NCBI GenBank assembly: GCA_016839815.1
Contig: JAEOTM010000037.1
Coordinates: forward strand, 1 to 38,167
Direction of reading: 5' to 3'
DNA from: Candidatus Hodarchaeota archaeon
GTDB lineage: Archaea; Asgardarchaeota; Heimdallarchaeia; Hodarchaeales; Hodarchaeaceae
Length of the DNA: 38,167 nt
The notes beneath the pieces are model-generated. The model had not been told where the DNA came from, made no database searches, and saw only the letters and a list, made by a program, of their open reading frames with translations. Position numbers and translations under genes: made by a program. Below, one piece after another: positions 19,510 through 29,897 of the stretch; position 1 is the first letter of the stretch, and each line of letters opens with the position of its first letter.

Positions 19510-20637
19510 CTAATCTATAATGATATTATCATAAATTTGAAATGGACGTCTTTCAAGAATGAATCTTACCGCATCAACACTTGTTTGTACTACTGGACTA
19601 ACAGACTTCGATGAGGAATATCCAGCCAACCGAGTTTTGAAAAGACATTCCATGAGGATTCCTAAGGCGATATGAAAGTCAATTGTTATTCCTTCTGGGT
19701 AGTAATCAGACAAAGATAACCCATTGTATGCACATGTATGATCATAACCTTTACAGAATAATTCGATGTCTGAAACAGTCTTATCAAAGTTTTGTGTCAA
19801 GGAAAAGTCATTATAAGCAAATTTTGAGAAAAAAGTACCGATATCCTCCGCCCTATCAACATGGCTTTCTCTATCTAAATATGCTGGATCAATTAGGTAA
19901 ATAATTATATTATCCATCCTAATATCTCCTGTATTTTCGAGCGGTGCTGTTGATTCGTAGAACATTAAATTACCAGGGTGAAAGTCACCAAAACAATGAG
20001 CACCCGCCGTACTGAGACTCATTTGCTTCAATGGGTGTTTAAACAAATAATTGAGCTCATCACGATCATTTGGAGTAATATTTAGACCATTCAAAGTTTC
20101 CGTGATAAGATGCTGATATCGATCAAGACCCACTTTTTGTTCGAAGAGTCCATGGATGTAGGGAAGAGCACTACCAGCCAGAAAAAGTTTTTGTGGCAGA
20201 TCCAGATCGTTTTCAAAAAACTCTGTGGGATTGGATAGACCCTCATAGATTAGTAACGAGTGGGCTTCTGAAAAATATAGTAAACGAGCGGTTTTGAGTC
20301 TATTATTTGTTTTTAAAAGATCTGCTAACCATGCCGCACCATTTGCTTCTTCAATTGCCGCATCTGAGTTTTCATGAAATTTAAATGCAAGATCTATTTT
20401 GAAATCTCTATTCTGAAGCGCATCATTAACTGTTACAGTCATTAATTGCAATTCTTTTCTTTTTCCCAATCTCCTACCTAATTCTAAATTTGAAAGACGG
20501 TCAACGGGAAAAAAAGCACCCGTCTTATCTCTCAAGAGTTCTTCGAGCTGTCTTAAAAAGTATTTAGATAATACTCGAAGTAACTCAAGCTTAAGCTGTT
20601 CTTCGGCGAGTATGTCAGTAGCCATTCGATGAAACAC
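19510..20637 (-). CDS. Protein-kinase-like phosphotransferase (APH/choline-kinase-like)
   Basis: AFK (ATP Lys), Brenner-like GDFHPGN, and IDP as the metal-binding Asp. Start may be ATG 20625. Confidence 0.65.
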   Translation of the reverse strand: MFHRMATDILAEEQLKLELLRVLSKYFLRQLEELLRDKTGAFFPVDRLSNLELGRRLGKRKELQLMTVTVNDALQNRDFKIDLAFKFHENSDAAIEEANGAAWLADLLKTNNRLKTARLLYFSEAHSLLIYEGLSNPTEFFENDLDLPQKLFLAGSALPYIHGLFEQKVGLDRYQHLITETLNGLNITPNDRDELNYLFKHPLKQMSLSTAGAHCFGDFHPGNLMFYESTAPLENTGDIRMDNIIIYLIDPAYLDRESHVDRAEDIGTFFSKFAYNDFSLTQNFDKTVSDIELFCKGYDHTCAYNGLSLSDYYPEGITIDFHIALGILMECLFKTRLAGYSSSKSVSPVVQTSVDAVRFILERRPFQIYDNIIID

Positions 20638-21043
20638 CCGAGAAAGAAAGAATTACTAGCGAATTAATTTTAAACTACTAGTAATACAACTCTGAAGTGG
20701 TATAAAGAGGGGATATTTTTTGTGTATCAACCGTCAATTCCTATTACGTAAATACCTAACCCAAAATTAAACTTTAAAAGGAGTTCCCTTAATTGAATAA
20801 ATGTGGTGAAAAATTGTGATAAATAGCTGGGATCGTTTTGTTATTCCTTCTACATCAACCCGCTAAAAGGAAATCACAGTTTATAATTATACAAACCAAT
20901 TTATTTGACTTATTCCGTAATAAGCCTGTTCAGAGTAAGTACGCTTTTTATCATTTTGATTTTTTAGGCAGTCATTGCTTTTTTGAACGAATGAAATTTA
21001 GAATACGGATCTCGAGCCAAATAAAAAATCTGAGGAGAAAAAC

Positions 21044-23626
21044 ATGGCATTAAAACCCAAAATCAAGAAGAAAAGATGGAAAGCAAGTAATGAAAGAGAG
21101 ATTATCCAATATTGGGCTGAATCTGAAACATATAAATTCAGTAAGGATTCAAAAAAGCCTGTTTACATCATTGATACGCCTCCTCCTTATGTCTCTGGCC
21201 GAGCACATCTAGGATTCGCAATTCACTATGCCCAGATCGATATGATTGCACGGTATTATCGAATGCTGGGTCATAGTGTTATTTTTCCAGCTTGTGCGGA
21301 TCGGAATGGATTACCAGTAGAGGTTAGAGTAGAACAAAAACTCAATAAATCCATGCATGAGATGGACAGAGAAGATTTTCTACAAATATGTAAGCAAGAG
21401 CTAGATATAGCAGAAGAAAATACCATTCAAGTTATGAAATGGATGGGACTCTCCTGTAATACATTCTATGGTTCTCCAGAGATTTATTATCAAACAGATT
21501 CTCCTCAATATCGGTTCAATACCCAACGAACATTTATTAGAGCTTGGAATGAAGGGCTCATCTCAAGAGCAGCCCGTCCCAATAATTGGTGTATTGAATG
21601 TGGAACAACTATTGCTGATGCAGAGATTGAATATCGTGATGATGAATCATTTTTACACGATATCATATTCGAAGTAGAAGATTCTGATGAGACCATAACT
21701 ATTTCTACAACAAGGCCAGAACTAATAGCCACATGTGAATTGATTATCTTTCACCCAACTGATACAAGATATACTCATCTTGAGGGAAAAAACGCGATAA
21801 CTCCCCTGTTTGAGAAAAAGGTACCTATCCTGAAACATCGGGAGGCAGATCCTGAATTTGGAACAGGAATCATGATGATTTGTGCATTCGGGGATAAATC
21901 CGATGTAAAAATTCTCCGCGAAGAGGGTATTCTCAATCCAAAAACAGCTATTGAAGCTGATGGACGATTAAATGAAGTGGGAGGAAAATATAACGGATTA
22001 TTAGTAAAAGAAGCACAATCAGCTATTATCGAAGATTTAAAAGCAAAAAAGATACTCATTAATTCCACACAAACAAAAAGAAGAGTACCTGTGTGTTGGA
22101 GGTCTAAAACACCCATTGAAATAATTGCCATGGAAGAATATTACCTTAAACAGCTGGAAGCGATTCCTGAAATAAAAGAAATTGTTGAACATATGGATTT
22201 CTTTCCCAAATCGAATAAAATAATTCTAGATAACTGGATTAACGCAATTAATACTGATTGGGCAATTAGCCGACGTCGTTTCTACGGAACTTCTATTCCT
22301 ATTTGGTATTGTTCAGAGTGTCAAGCACCAAATGTACCTACAGAAGAAGAATTAGATCGCTATTACGATGCGTGGAAAGAACAATCTCCTATAAAAACCT
22401 GTACAAAATGTGGAAAATCTCTTAAGGACGCTCAAGGGGAAGTTCGAACATTTGACACTTGGTTTGATTCTTCTATATCTGAATTGGCTGCATGTAACTT
22501 TGGAGGAATATTCTTTCAAGATAAAGGGGCAAAATTTTTTGAAAGTAATTTCCCCTGTTCTATTCGACCTCAAGGAAAGGAAATTGTCAGAACATGGTTA
22601 TTTTATACCATTTTAAGATCTTATCATCTCTTTAAAAAACCTGCATTTAATCAGGTATGGATTTCAGGTCTAGTGAGAGATCCCTATGGTGGAAAGATGT
22701 CCAAAAGCGAAGGGAACAGTGTGGATCCTCTTCTATTCCTGCAACCTCAAGTATTACCAAAAAATACTCCAGATACTTTACGTCCTGACAGAGATAGTTG
22801 GAAAGAAGTCGCAAAACTTGATTCTTCCCCGAAATTTTCTGGAAAACAAGCAAATGTGAACCTTTACTATGGAGCTGATAGTGTAAGACTTACCTCATGT
22901 TTACAAGGAAGCCATGGGTCAGATATTCGGTTTTCATTGTCAAAACTTGATGGAAATGCAAAATTTATCACGAAATTATGGAATATTTCCAGATTCATTT
23001 CCATTTTTCCTTTCGAGGAGAGACCCAAAAAACTAGAACCAGCCGATGAGTGGCTCTTATCCAGCTTGGACGCTCTTATAAATCGCTGTTTAACTGGTTA
23101 CGCAAAATTAGATTTTTCTGTACCAGCAGAAAATCTCTACAACTGGGTTTGGAATCTATTCGCTGCGCATTATATTGAACTAGTTAAATCTCGAGCATAT
23201 GGGGAAGAGAATATGTCAGATAACGTCATAAAAAGTGCTCGTTATTGTCTACATACCTCTCTTCAGGTTATCCTGAAATTACTGGCTCCAATTACCCCAT
23301 TCGTGACGGAACAAATTTATCAATCACTTTATAATCCTGAAAGCAGTATTCATCTTGATTCTCTACCACAACCAGAGAATTCTAGATACGAAGAACTCCC
23401 AGAGACAGAGGATTTACTCACATTCGATTCATTAATCTGGAAAGCCAAAAAAGACGCCGGTTTATCCTTAAAGGAACCAGTTAAACTTGCTTATATACCA
23501 AACACGTTAGGTGTATTTATGAATGATCTTAAAATTATGCATAATATTGAAACAATCAAGATAGGTACACCTGGCAAGTCTACTAAAGGATTAATCACGA
23601 AAAGTGACTTTTCAATAAAAATCTAA
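21044..23626 (+). CDS. valS: Valine--tRNA ligase (archaeal type)
   Basis: Motifs IDTPPPYVSG, HLGF (HIGH), TTRPE, DWAISRRR, DTWFDSS, RPQG.EI and KMSKS. Confidence 0.95.
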   Translation: MALKPKIKKKRWKASNEREIIQYWAESETYKFSKDSKKPVYIIDTPPPYVSGRAHLGFAIHYAQIDMIARYYRMLGHSVIFPACADRNGLPVEVRVEQKLNKSMHEMDREDFLQICKQELDIAEENTIQVMKWMGLSCNTFYGSPEIYYQTDSPQYRFNTQRTFIRAWNEGLISRAARPNNWCIECGTTIADAEIEYRDDESFLHDIIFEVEDSDETITISTTRPELIATCELIIFHPTDTRYTHLEGKNAITPLFEKKVPILKHREADPEFGTGIMMICAFGDKSDVKILREEGILNPKTAIEADGRLNEVGGKYNGLLVKEAQSAIIEDLKAKKILINSTQTKRRVPVCWRSKTPIEIIAMEEYYLKQLEAIPEIKEIVEHMDFFPKSNKIILDNWINAINTDWAISRRRFYGTSIPIWYCSECQAPNVPTEEELDRYYDAWKEQSPIKTCTKCGKSLKDAQGEVRTFDTWFDSSISELAACNFGGIFFQDKGAKFFESNFPCSIRPQGKEIVRTWLFYTILRSYHLFKKPAFNQVWISGLVRDPYGGKMSKSEGNSVDPLLFLQPQVLPKNTPDTLRPDRDSWKEVAKLDSSPKFSGKQANVNLYYGADSVRLTSCLQGSHGSDIRFSLSKLDGNAKFITKLWNISRFISIFPFEERPKKLEPADEWLLSSLDALINRCLTGYAKLDFSVPAENLYNWVWNLFAAHYIELVKSRAYGEENMSDNVIKSARYCLHTSLQVILKLLAPITPFVTEQIYQSLYNPESSIHLDSLPQPENSRYEELPETEDLLTFDSLIWKAKKDAGLSLKEPVKLAYIPNTLGVFMNDLKIMHNIETIKIGTPGKSTKGLITKSDFSIKI

Positions 23627-23648
23627 ATTCTACAAAGGATCAATCGAA

Positions 23649-24011
23649 ATGGTTCAGAAAAAAGATAAAAAAAATCCTGATTTATCTAAAATGAGTCAAT
23701 TACTACTATCGGGGGCGACAATGTTAGGAGATTCTTGTCCTGATTGCGCTGTTCCTCTATTTAAAAAGGAAAACGATATTTTCTGTCCAAATTGTGAAAG
23801 AAAAGCTGTTTTCATTAAAGATAAGGAAGAAATTCGTAAAATCGAACAAAAAATCTCTTTGGGAGAGGCAACTAACCAGCTCAGAGACGTATTGACTGGA
23901 AAGATCACCCTATTAACCAATTACTTAGCTTCTGTTGACACCCCAGAGGAAATCAACGAGATCGTAGATATTATTGGCAATATACTTGACATTCTACAGA
24001 AAATATCTTAA
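23649..24011 (+). CDS. UPF0148 / Sjogren autoantigen-1 (SSSCA1) family Zn-finger protein
   Basis: MSQLLLSGATML...CPDC..PLF.....FCPNC. Confidence 0.8.
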   Translation: MVQKKDKKNPDLSKMSQLLLSGATMLGDSCPDCAVPLFKKENDIFCPNCERKAVFIKDKEEIRKIEQKISLGEATNQLRDVLTGKITLLTNYLASVDTPEEINEIVDIIGNILDILQKIS

Positions 24012-24041
24012 TCAGAGAGAAAAATATGGGCTTATTCTTGG

Positions 24042-24392
24042 TTATCGTGACTGCAATACTTGAAAAAAGTGGATAATCTCTTCTTGAATTTCATTTCTGA
24101 GTCTGATAACATCATTGACTTCAATGGGCTCAGAATGCTTAATGGTAATATTTAATTGTACAACATTGCCAATAACCTGGACATTTTCAGCCTTCACTGT
24201 GAATTCTGTATCAAGACCTTTAATAATCAAAGAAATCGATGGTGATGGAATCTGAATTCTTACATTTCTAATTACTCCCACCATTCGTGCATCACTATCA
24301 ATCACAGCCTTACCTATCAGTTGACCAGGAAACACCAGTTCGTATAATTCTAAATCAATGTCTATAGGTTGTTTTGTCATTATCCATACCAT
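24042..24392 (-). CDS. PRC-barrel domain protein
   Basis: LIGKAVIDSDARMVGVI...VQVIGNVVQL fits the PRC-barrel pattern. Confidence 0.7.
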   Translation of the reverse strand: MVWIMTKQPIDIDLELYELVFPGQLIGKAVIDSDARMVGVIRNVRIQIPSPSISLIIKGLDTEFTVKAENVQVIGNVVQLNITIKHSEPIEVNDVIRLRNEIQEEIIHFFQVLQSR

Positions 24393-24590
24393 TTACTCTA
24401 TTTGATTAACTTTCAAACCTTTCTGAGTAAGTTTTCCAGTCCATCTTGAATGTTAAAAAATTGTGTCATTAAATTATTAAAATATTGCAAAAGGGGGCCG
24501 AATGTAAAATACTCAACCCATCCTCGATCAGATGAGGTTTTTTCTGACCCTTACGACATAACTGAATTTCAACATCCAAGGTGAAAACAA

Positions 24591-26765
24591 TTGTCCCCCG
24601 TCATCCTAGACCGACTAACTAATGATCTTCGAGAACGATATAATGCAGCAACCACGACGATAAGCAGAGAAATAGTGTTCAGCTATACAGCATTGATATT
24701 TATCTTCGTATTAGCTTTTCTAGTTCGAATTTTAGCCATGCTAAGGCCCTATGAAGTGATCTTAGCGGCAAACGATCCTTTCTCTCAGCTTAGAGCAGCA
24801 CAATATATCGAAGCAAATGGACTAGGTGCGTTTTTTAGTTGGGTTGACCCTCAAACGTGGTATCCAGAAGGACGTTATTGGGGACAATCACAATATATTG
24901 GTACACCCCTCTCAGCAGTAATTTTACATCAGTTTTTCCGCATGCTTGGATTCCATGTTTCGTTAGAATTTGTAGCATACCTTCAACCACCTTTATTTGG
25001 AGCACTTACTTGTGTAGCTATCTACTTCCTTGGAAAAGAGCTTGGAAATAAGAAAGTTGGATTACTAGCAGCTTTATTTCTTTCAATCTCTGCGGGTCAT
25101 CTGCAACGTACAATCGCAGGATTTTTTGATAATGAAGCTCTGGGTATTCTATTCCTCGTGCTAACTCTTTACTTCTATGCCAGAGCATTAAGAACAGGAT
25201 CAGCACCCATGACATTATTGGCAGGAATTTGTTTGGGTGTCTTATCAGGATCTTGGGGAGCTTCTACCTACGTATTTAACCTATTTGCTCTTCATGCATT
25301 TGTATTGATATTGATGAAAAAGGATTCAGACCGACTTTTACTGGCATATGGAGGATCAGTAATAATAGGTACCTTTATTATGACTTTAATTCCCAGAAAC
25401 GGCCCTGATGCGATATTATCAACTGATGGATTAATTCCACTGGGAGTTGCTGGTTTACTGGTTTTGGTAACACTCTATAGGACTATTTCATCAATCTATG
25501 ATTTAACTGAAGCCAAAGCTCGGATAAGAACCTACTATCCAATTATTGGATTAGGAATCGTCATCGGTATTGCTATGTTTCTCTTTTCTGGTGTAGCAAC
25601 AAATTTATCGTCAAAATTTATTACTGTCATACTCCCATTCTTTAGAGATGAAACTCCGATCTTAAAATCAGTTAGTGAACATCAATTAGTTTCATGGGCT
25701 GGTTTTTTCAGAAATAATGGTGTGTTATTGTTTTTATTACCATTAGCAATGTATTATTTATATGAAAAGCCAACGGAGAGAAATTTATTATTATTGATTT
25801 TTGGATTTACTTCAATATATTTTGCTGGTTCAATGGTCCGATTAGCGTTAATTTTAGCACCTGCTGCGGCATTACTCGCGGCGAAAGCTATTGATCAAAC
25901 CCTTTTACCTTTTGTACTTACATTCCAAGAACGATTCGCATTAAGTCGAAGGAAAACACGACTGGTACAACCTATGTCAAACGAACACACTGCAATAGCT
26001 TTTTCATTTATTGGTTTGTTCTTATTGTTTTCAGTTCTCAATGCCACTCAAGCCGCAATTGACTCGACTCAAGCCCCCTCAATACTCACAGTTGTACCTG
26101 GCAGTGGTGGACAATCGTTAATAATAGGAAATGATTGGCAAGAAGCCATTGGATGGTTAGATTACCATACAACCGTAAATGATGTCACTGCTTCATGGTG
26201 GGATTATGGATACTGGATAAGTGGGAATTCCAATGCTACAATACTTGTTGATAATGCTACCATAAATAAAACAAAAATCGGTAATGTAGGATGTATGTTG
26301 GTACTCGACCCGCGGCAGTCATTAAAGATAGCAAAAATTTATGATGTGACCTATATTGCCCTTCTAGTTTCTGATGGATACGGTACATATGGTTTAGATT
26401 CGGACCTCGGAAAAGTTCCCTGGTTTGTACGTATTGGAGAACAGAGTGGAAATATTGTCCAGATCGATCAAGATGATTATCTAGAATACGACTCTCGAGG
26501 CCAATATATTACTGGGTACGTCGAAAAGTTTTATGATTCAGTTTTCTGGGCACTCTTTACTGCTGGGGTTACTGAAGAAGCATATACAAGTCGAATTATT
26601 CAGTACAGTCCAATTGTCGATAATGCTCCTGATGCAAGAGGTTTTTCATCTGAGTATGCAGAATATGCCAACTACTACGAATTAGCATACAAAACAACTC
26701 ACGATTGGATCTACATCTACAAGATTTTGTGGGATAAAATACCACCAGGTGCTATCGCACCATAG
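24591..26765 (+). CDS. aglB: Oligosaccharyltransferase AglB/STT3
   Basis: Multi-TM N-terminal half; motifs NDP, WYPEGR, DNE, SVSEHQ, WWDYGY and DNAT...K. Confidence 0.95.
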   Translation: MSPVILDRLTNDLRERYNAATTTISREIVFSYTALIFIFVLAFLVRILAMLRPYEVILAANDPFSQLRAAQYIEANGLGAFFSWVDPQTWYPEGRYWGQSQYIGTPLSAVILHQFFRMLGFHVSLEFVAYLQPPLFGALTCVAIYFLGKELGNKKVGLLAALFLSISAGHLQRTIAGFFDNEALGILFLVLTLYFYARALRTGSAPMTLLAGICLGVLSGSWGASTYVFNLFALHAFVLILMKKDSDRLLLAYGGSVIIGTFIMTLIPRNGPDAILSTDGLIPLGVAGLLVLVTLYRTISSIYDLTEAKARIRTYYPIIGLGIVIGIAMFLFSGVATNLSSKFITVILPFFRDETPILKSVSEHQLVSWAGFFRNNGVLLFLLPLAMYYLYEKPTERNLLLLIFGFTSIYFAGSMVRLALILAPAAALLAAKAIDQTLLPFVLTFQERFALSRRKTRLVQPMSNEHTAIAFSFIGLFLLFSVLNATQAAIDSTQAPSILTVVPGSGGQSLIIGNDWQEAIGWLDYHTTVNDVTASWWDYGYWISGNSNATILVDNATINKTKIGNVGCMLVLDPRQSLKIAKIYDVTYIALLVSDGYGTYGLDSDLGKVPWFVRIGEQSGNIVQIDQDDYLEYDSRGQYITGYVEKFYDSVFWALFTAGVTEEAYTSRIIQYSPIVDNAPDARGFSSEYAEYANYYELAYKTTHDWIYIYKILWDKIPPGAIAP

Positions 26766-26868
26766 GGACATTCATTCTCTTTGGAGAACATAGAATTCCC
26801 CTAAAACTTTCTTTTTTCTCCCTTCAACTAAGACTGACTTAGTCAATAGATTAAAAAACCAGACTTAT

Positions 26869-26908
26869 AAAACTCGATTCTAGACAAGTCTCTAGATTCG
26901 AGAGTTTT
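26869..26908. repeat. Imperfect inverted repeat upstream of DP1
   Basis: AAAACTCGATTCTAGA-caagtc-TCTAGATTCGAGAGTTTT. Confidence 0.5.
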
Positions 26909-26954
26909 CCTTAGGTAAATTATTGATGAAAAAAGATCCATAAGGGGCGCTAAT

Positions 26955-28511
26955 GTGGTGGATAAAGTTAAAATAGTGAAGATTTTTCTCCAATATAATT
27001 ATAATGTTAGTGAGGAAACTTTAGAATTCATCCAAAAGAAGAATGTCTCAGAAAGAGAATTAAAAGAGTTTTTGATAACACAACCTCAGTTAGAACCAGT
27101 GATTTCAGTAAACCTTTTGAGAAGATATCTAGAAAACTTAAGAACCGAACCTAAACATATATCTCTGTCTGAAGATTCTGAAGAACAAATAAAAACTGAA
27201 ATTAAGACTTTACAGCAAAAAACACAGGAGCGAAAGTACACAAAATTAAGATTCTCAATAGACTTAGATATACCCTACAAGTTATCAGAGGAACCTAAAT
27301 TAACAGTTTTCCGGAATCTATTTCTGGATCGATATCAAACTCTCTCAAAGATTTTACTTCAAAATCTCGAACCAAATACAACAATTTTGACCCATAATCT
27401 TCCACAGGAGGAAGTTCCGATTAGTAGATCTGGAATGCTCGTTGGGATGATTCAAGATACTCAGGTTCTGCATACTAATCGCTTTGTAATACAACTGGAA
27501 GACTTTTTAACTGGCCGTACAACAAAATGTGTAATTGTGAAGGATACTCCGTCTTTTCCGCAATATAGGAGAATTTTGAGAGACTCAGTAATTGGTGTTG
27601 CGGGAGTATTGCCAAAAAATTTCCTCGAGGGAGAGCTAACAGCTTTTTGGGGACAAGATATTTTAAGACCCTCCTTCAAAAATCACAAATTCTCCACGTC
27701 AGAACCCTCAACTAAAGTATTATGTCTCTCTGATATACACTGTGGTTCATCACACTTTTCAAACCGATTATTCTCCCGACTAGTTGCATATCTGAATGAA
27801 GAGGTAAGTATTCCTGATATCCCATTTTCACCAGCGGAGATCTCCTCAATTATAATTGCTGGAGATTTAGTTGAGGGAACAGGTCTGGTAACAAAGGAGG
27901 AGAATGAACTAAAAATTGATTCTTATGAGGGGCAATATAACAAGCTCTCAGAATTATTGAGGAAAATCCCCGATCGAATTACAATATTTACTATTCCAGG
28001 AGAACATGATGCTACCCATTTAGCCATTCCCCAACCCGCAATAGATAAAAAAATGGGAAAATCCATTTATTCCTTTCCGAATATAAAAAACCATGGAAAT
28101 CCCCTTCGTATAACAATTAATGGAATGAGGTTCTTGATTTTCCATGCTCAAAGTTGTAATAATCTTTTTTATGGCCTAATGAAAATTAACCAGACTTCTC
28201 CAATTCAGGGCTTTAAAGAATTGATGGAATATCGTCATTTATCACCAGAATTTGGATCGTTTGCAGCATATGCACCATACTCAAGAGATTATCTAGTAAT
28301 AGATGAAGTTCCAGATATTTTGGTGACAGGCCATTTTCACCAAGCTAGAAAAGGTATCTACAGAGGCGTAAGTATAGCTACATGTGGAACTTTCAAAAAA
28401 ATGACCAAAACTGACAAGAAAACAGAGAGAGAAGTATCAGTTGGAGTTTTTCCAATCGTAGACACAAAAACAGCAGAAATAACGATGTTAGATTTAAATA
28501 AAATACCTTAA
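26955..28511 (+). CDS. polB: DNA polymerase D small subunit DP1 (phosphoesterase/3'-5' exonuclease fold)
   Basis: Motifs F.DRY, OB fold, SDIH, AGDLVEG, PGEHD, HLSP and DYLVIDEVPDILVTGHFH; adjacent to cdc6. Confidence 0.85.
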   Translation: MVDKVKIVKIFLQYNYNVSEETLEFIQKKNVSERELKEFLITQPQLEPVISVNLLRRYLENLRTEPKHISLSEDSEEQIKTEIKTLQQKTQERKYTKLRFSIDLDIPYKLSEEPKLTVFRNLFLDRYQTLSKILLQNLEPNTTILTHNLPQEEVPISRSGMLVGMIQDTQVLHTNRFVIQLEDFLTGRTTKCVIVKDTPSFPQYRRILRDSVIGVAGVLPKNFLEGELTAFWGQDILRPSFKNHKFSTSEPSTKVLCLSDIHCGSSHFSNRLFSRLVAYLNEEVSIPDIPFSPAEISSIIIAGDLVEGTGLVTKEENELKIDSYEGQYNKLSELLRKIPDRITIFTIPGEHDATHLAIPQPAIDKKMGKSIYSFPNIKNHGNPLRITINGMRFLIFHAQSCNNLFYGLMKINQTSPIQGFKELMEYRHLSPEFGSFAAYAPYSRDYLVIDEVPDILVTGHFHQARKGIYRGVSIATCGTFKKMTKTDKKTEREVSVGVFPIVDTKTAEITMLDLNKIP

Positions 28512-29749
28512 AGAAGTCTGAAATCAAATTGCTTATCTTTCTGTAATGTAGATTCAACTAAAGAACGAGGGATACTAAAATGAATTTCTTTTGTTCTTCC
28601 ATGACGTCCTCGAGAAACTACACGAGCAGTTATAATACCTAAAGCATCGAGTTCGTTAATTAGATCACCTACACGTCGTTGAGTAAGTGAATCCATACCT
28701 GACTCACGACATAGTTGAACATACTTTTCATAGACATCTCCTGTAGAGACAGCGTCAGGATCACTTGTAACGTTTTCAAGTTGATAAATGGAAGAAATGA
28801 CAATTTTGGATTGAATTGGAAGAGTACTAATCACTTCAGTGATTGTATTACGCTCAATGGCTCCTTGGGCTTTTTTAACATGAGATTGTGTTATGACTTC
28901 CGCGTGTTCTCGTTCAGCAATCTCTGCAGACACTCGGAGGAGATCCATAGCACGACGGGCATCACCATGTTCTTGGGCAGCTATCGCAGCTATCATATTA
29001 ATAACACCTTTATCTAGAGTGTTAGGGCGAAAAGCGATTTCTGATCTCTCTACAAGTATATCCGTGATTTCTGGAGCTTCATAAGGTTTGAAAACGAGTT
29101 CTTCTTCTGATAGGGAGGAAAGAACACGAGGATCTAAGTAATCTTTAAACTTCAAATCATTAGATATTCCAATAATGCTAACTTTCGCACTAGAAAGATC
29201 AGAATTAATTCGGGTGAGACTATAAAGCGTTTCATTCCCCGATTTTTTGATTAGGCTGTCGATTTCGTCTAATACGACGATAAACAACGATTCACGTTGA
29301 TCTAGTCCTTGCTTAAATCGGGTAAAGACTTCATCAGTAGCTAGACCAGTAAAGGGAACTTCGATACCCAAGGTACTACACAGATCTGCAAAGACTCGAT
29401 AGTTTGTATCCACATTATTACAGTTTAAATAAGCTACTTCAATGCGTAAGCCATGATCAGGAGCTTTTTCTTTCAACATACTTAAAACATACTTAGAAAC
29501 AGCGGTTTTCCCCGTACCTGTTTTACCGAAGCATAAGATATTACTAGGTTTCGCTCCTCGCAAAACAGAGGCTAAGATATAACCCAATTGTTTAATTTGC
29601 TCCGTTCGGTGTGGAAGATTCTTAGGTACAAAGGAACTATCTAAAACATCGCGCCTTTGAAATAGTTTAGGTGATTTCAGATACCCCTCAAAGATCTCAT
29701 CTAATGTTAAATCTGATTCGTCATTTTGTTTCATTGGTAATGCACCCAC
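28508..29749 (-). CDS. cdc6: Orc1/Cdc6 replication initiator
   Basis: LPHR, Walker A GKTGTGKT, Walker B VVLDEID, HGDAR, and a winged helix with RGRHGRTK. Confidence 0.97.
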   Translation of the reverse strand: MGALPMKQNDESDLTLDEIFEGYLKSPKLFQRRDVLDSSFVPKNLPHRTEQIKQLGYILASVLRGAKPSNILCFGKTGTGKTAVSKYVLSMLKEKAPDHGLRIEVAYLNCNNVDTNYRVFADLCSTLGIEVPFTGLATDEVFTRFKQGLDQRESLFIVVLDEIDSLIKKSGNETLYSLTRINSDLSSAKVSIIGISNDLKFKDYLDPRVLSSLSEEELVFKPYEAPEITDILVERSEIAFRPNTLDKGVINMIAAIAAQEHGDARRAMDLLRVSAEIAEREHAEVITQSHVKKAQGAIERNTITEVISTLPIQSKIVISSIYQLENVTSDPDAVSTGDVYEKYVQLCRESGMDSLTQRRVGDLINELDALGIITARVVSRGRHGRTKEIHFSIPRSLVESTLQKDKQFDFRLL

Positions 29750-29897
29750 CGAAATCTGCGAAAATCTACACTTCCAATAGCATTACCAGTATTTCCTATC
29801 GAAGAATTTAAATTGAATGCTAGTTCAGTGAAAATGAGAAAGGATGAAATACTGTTTTCCTTTACCTAAAAACCTTTACATCTAATGTTAATGGTCT

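Noticed and set aside
20838-21053. 71-aa ORF before valS
   Set aside because: Low-information AT-rich sequence in a divergent promoter region; no support.
24500-24560. Possible C/D-box sRNA upstream of aglB (GATGA...CTGA)
   Set aside because: Box C is incomplete and the spacing is too short for a guide RNA.
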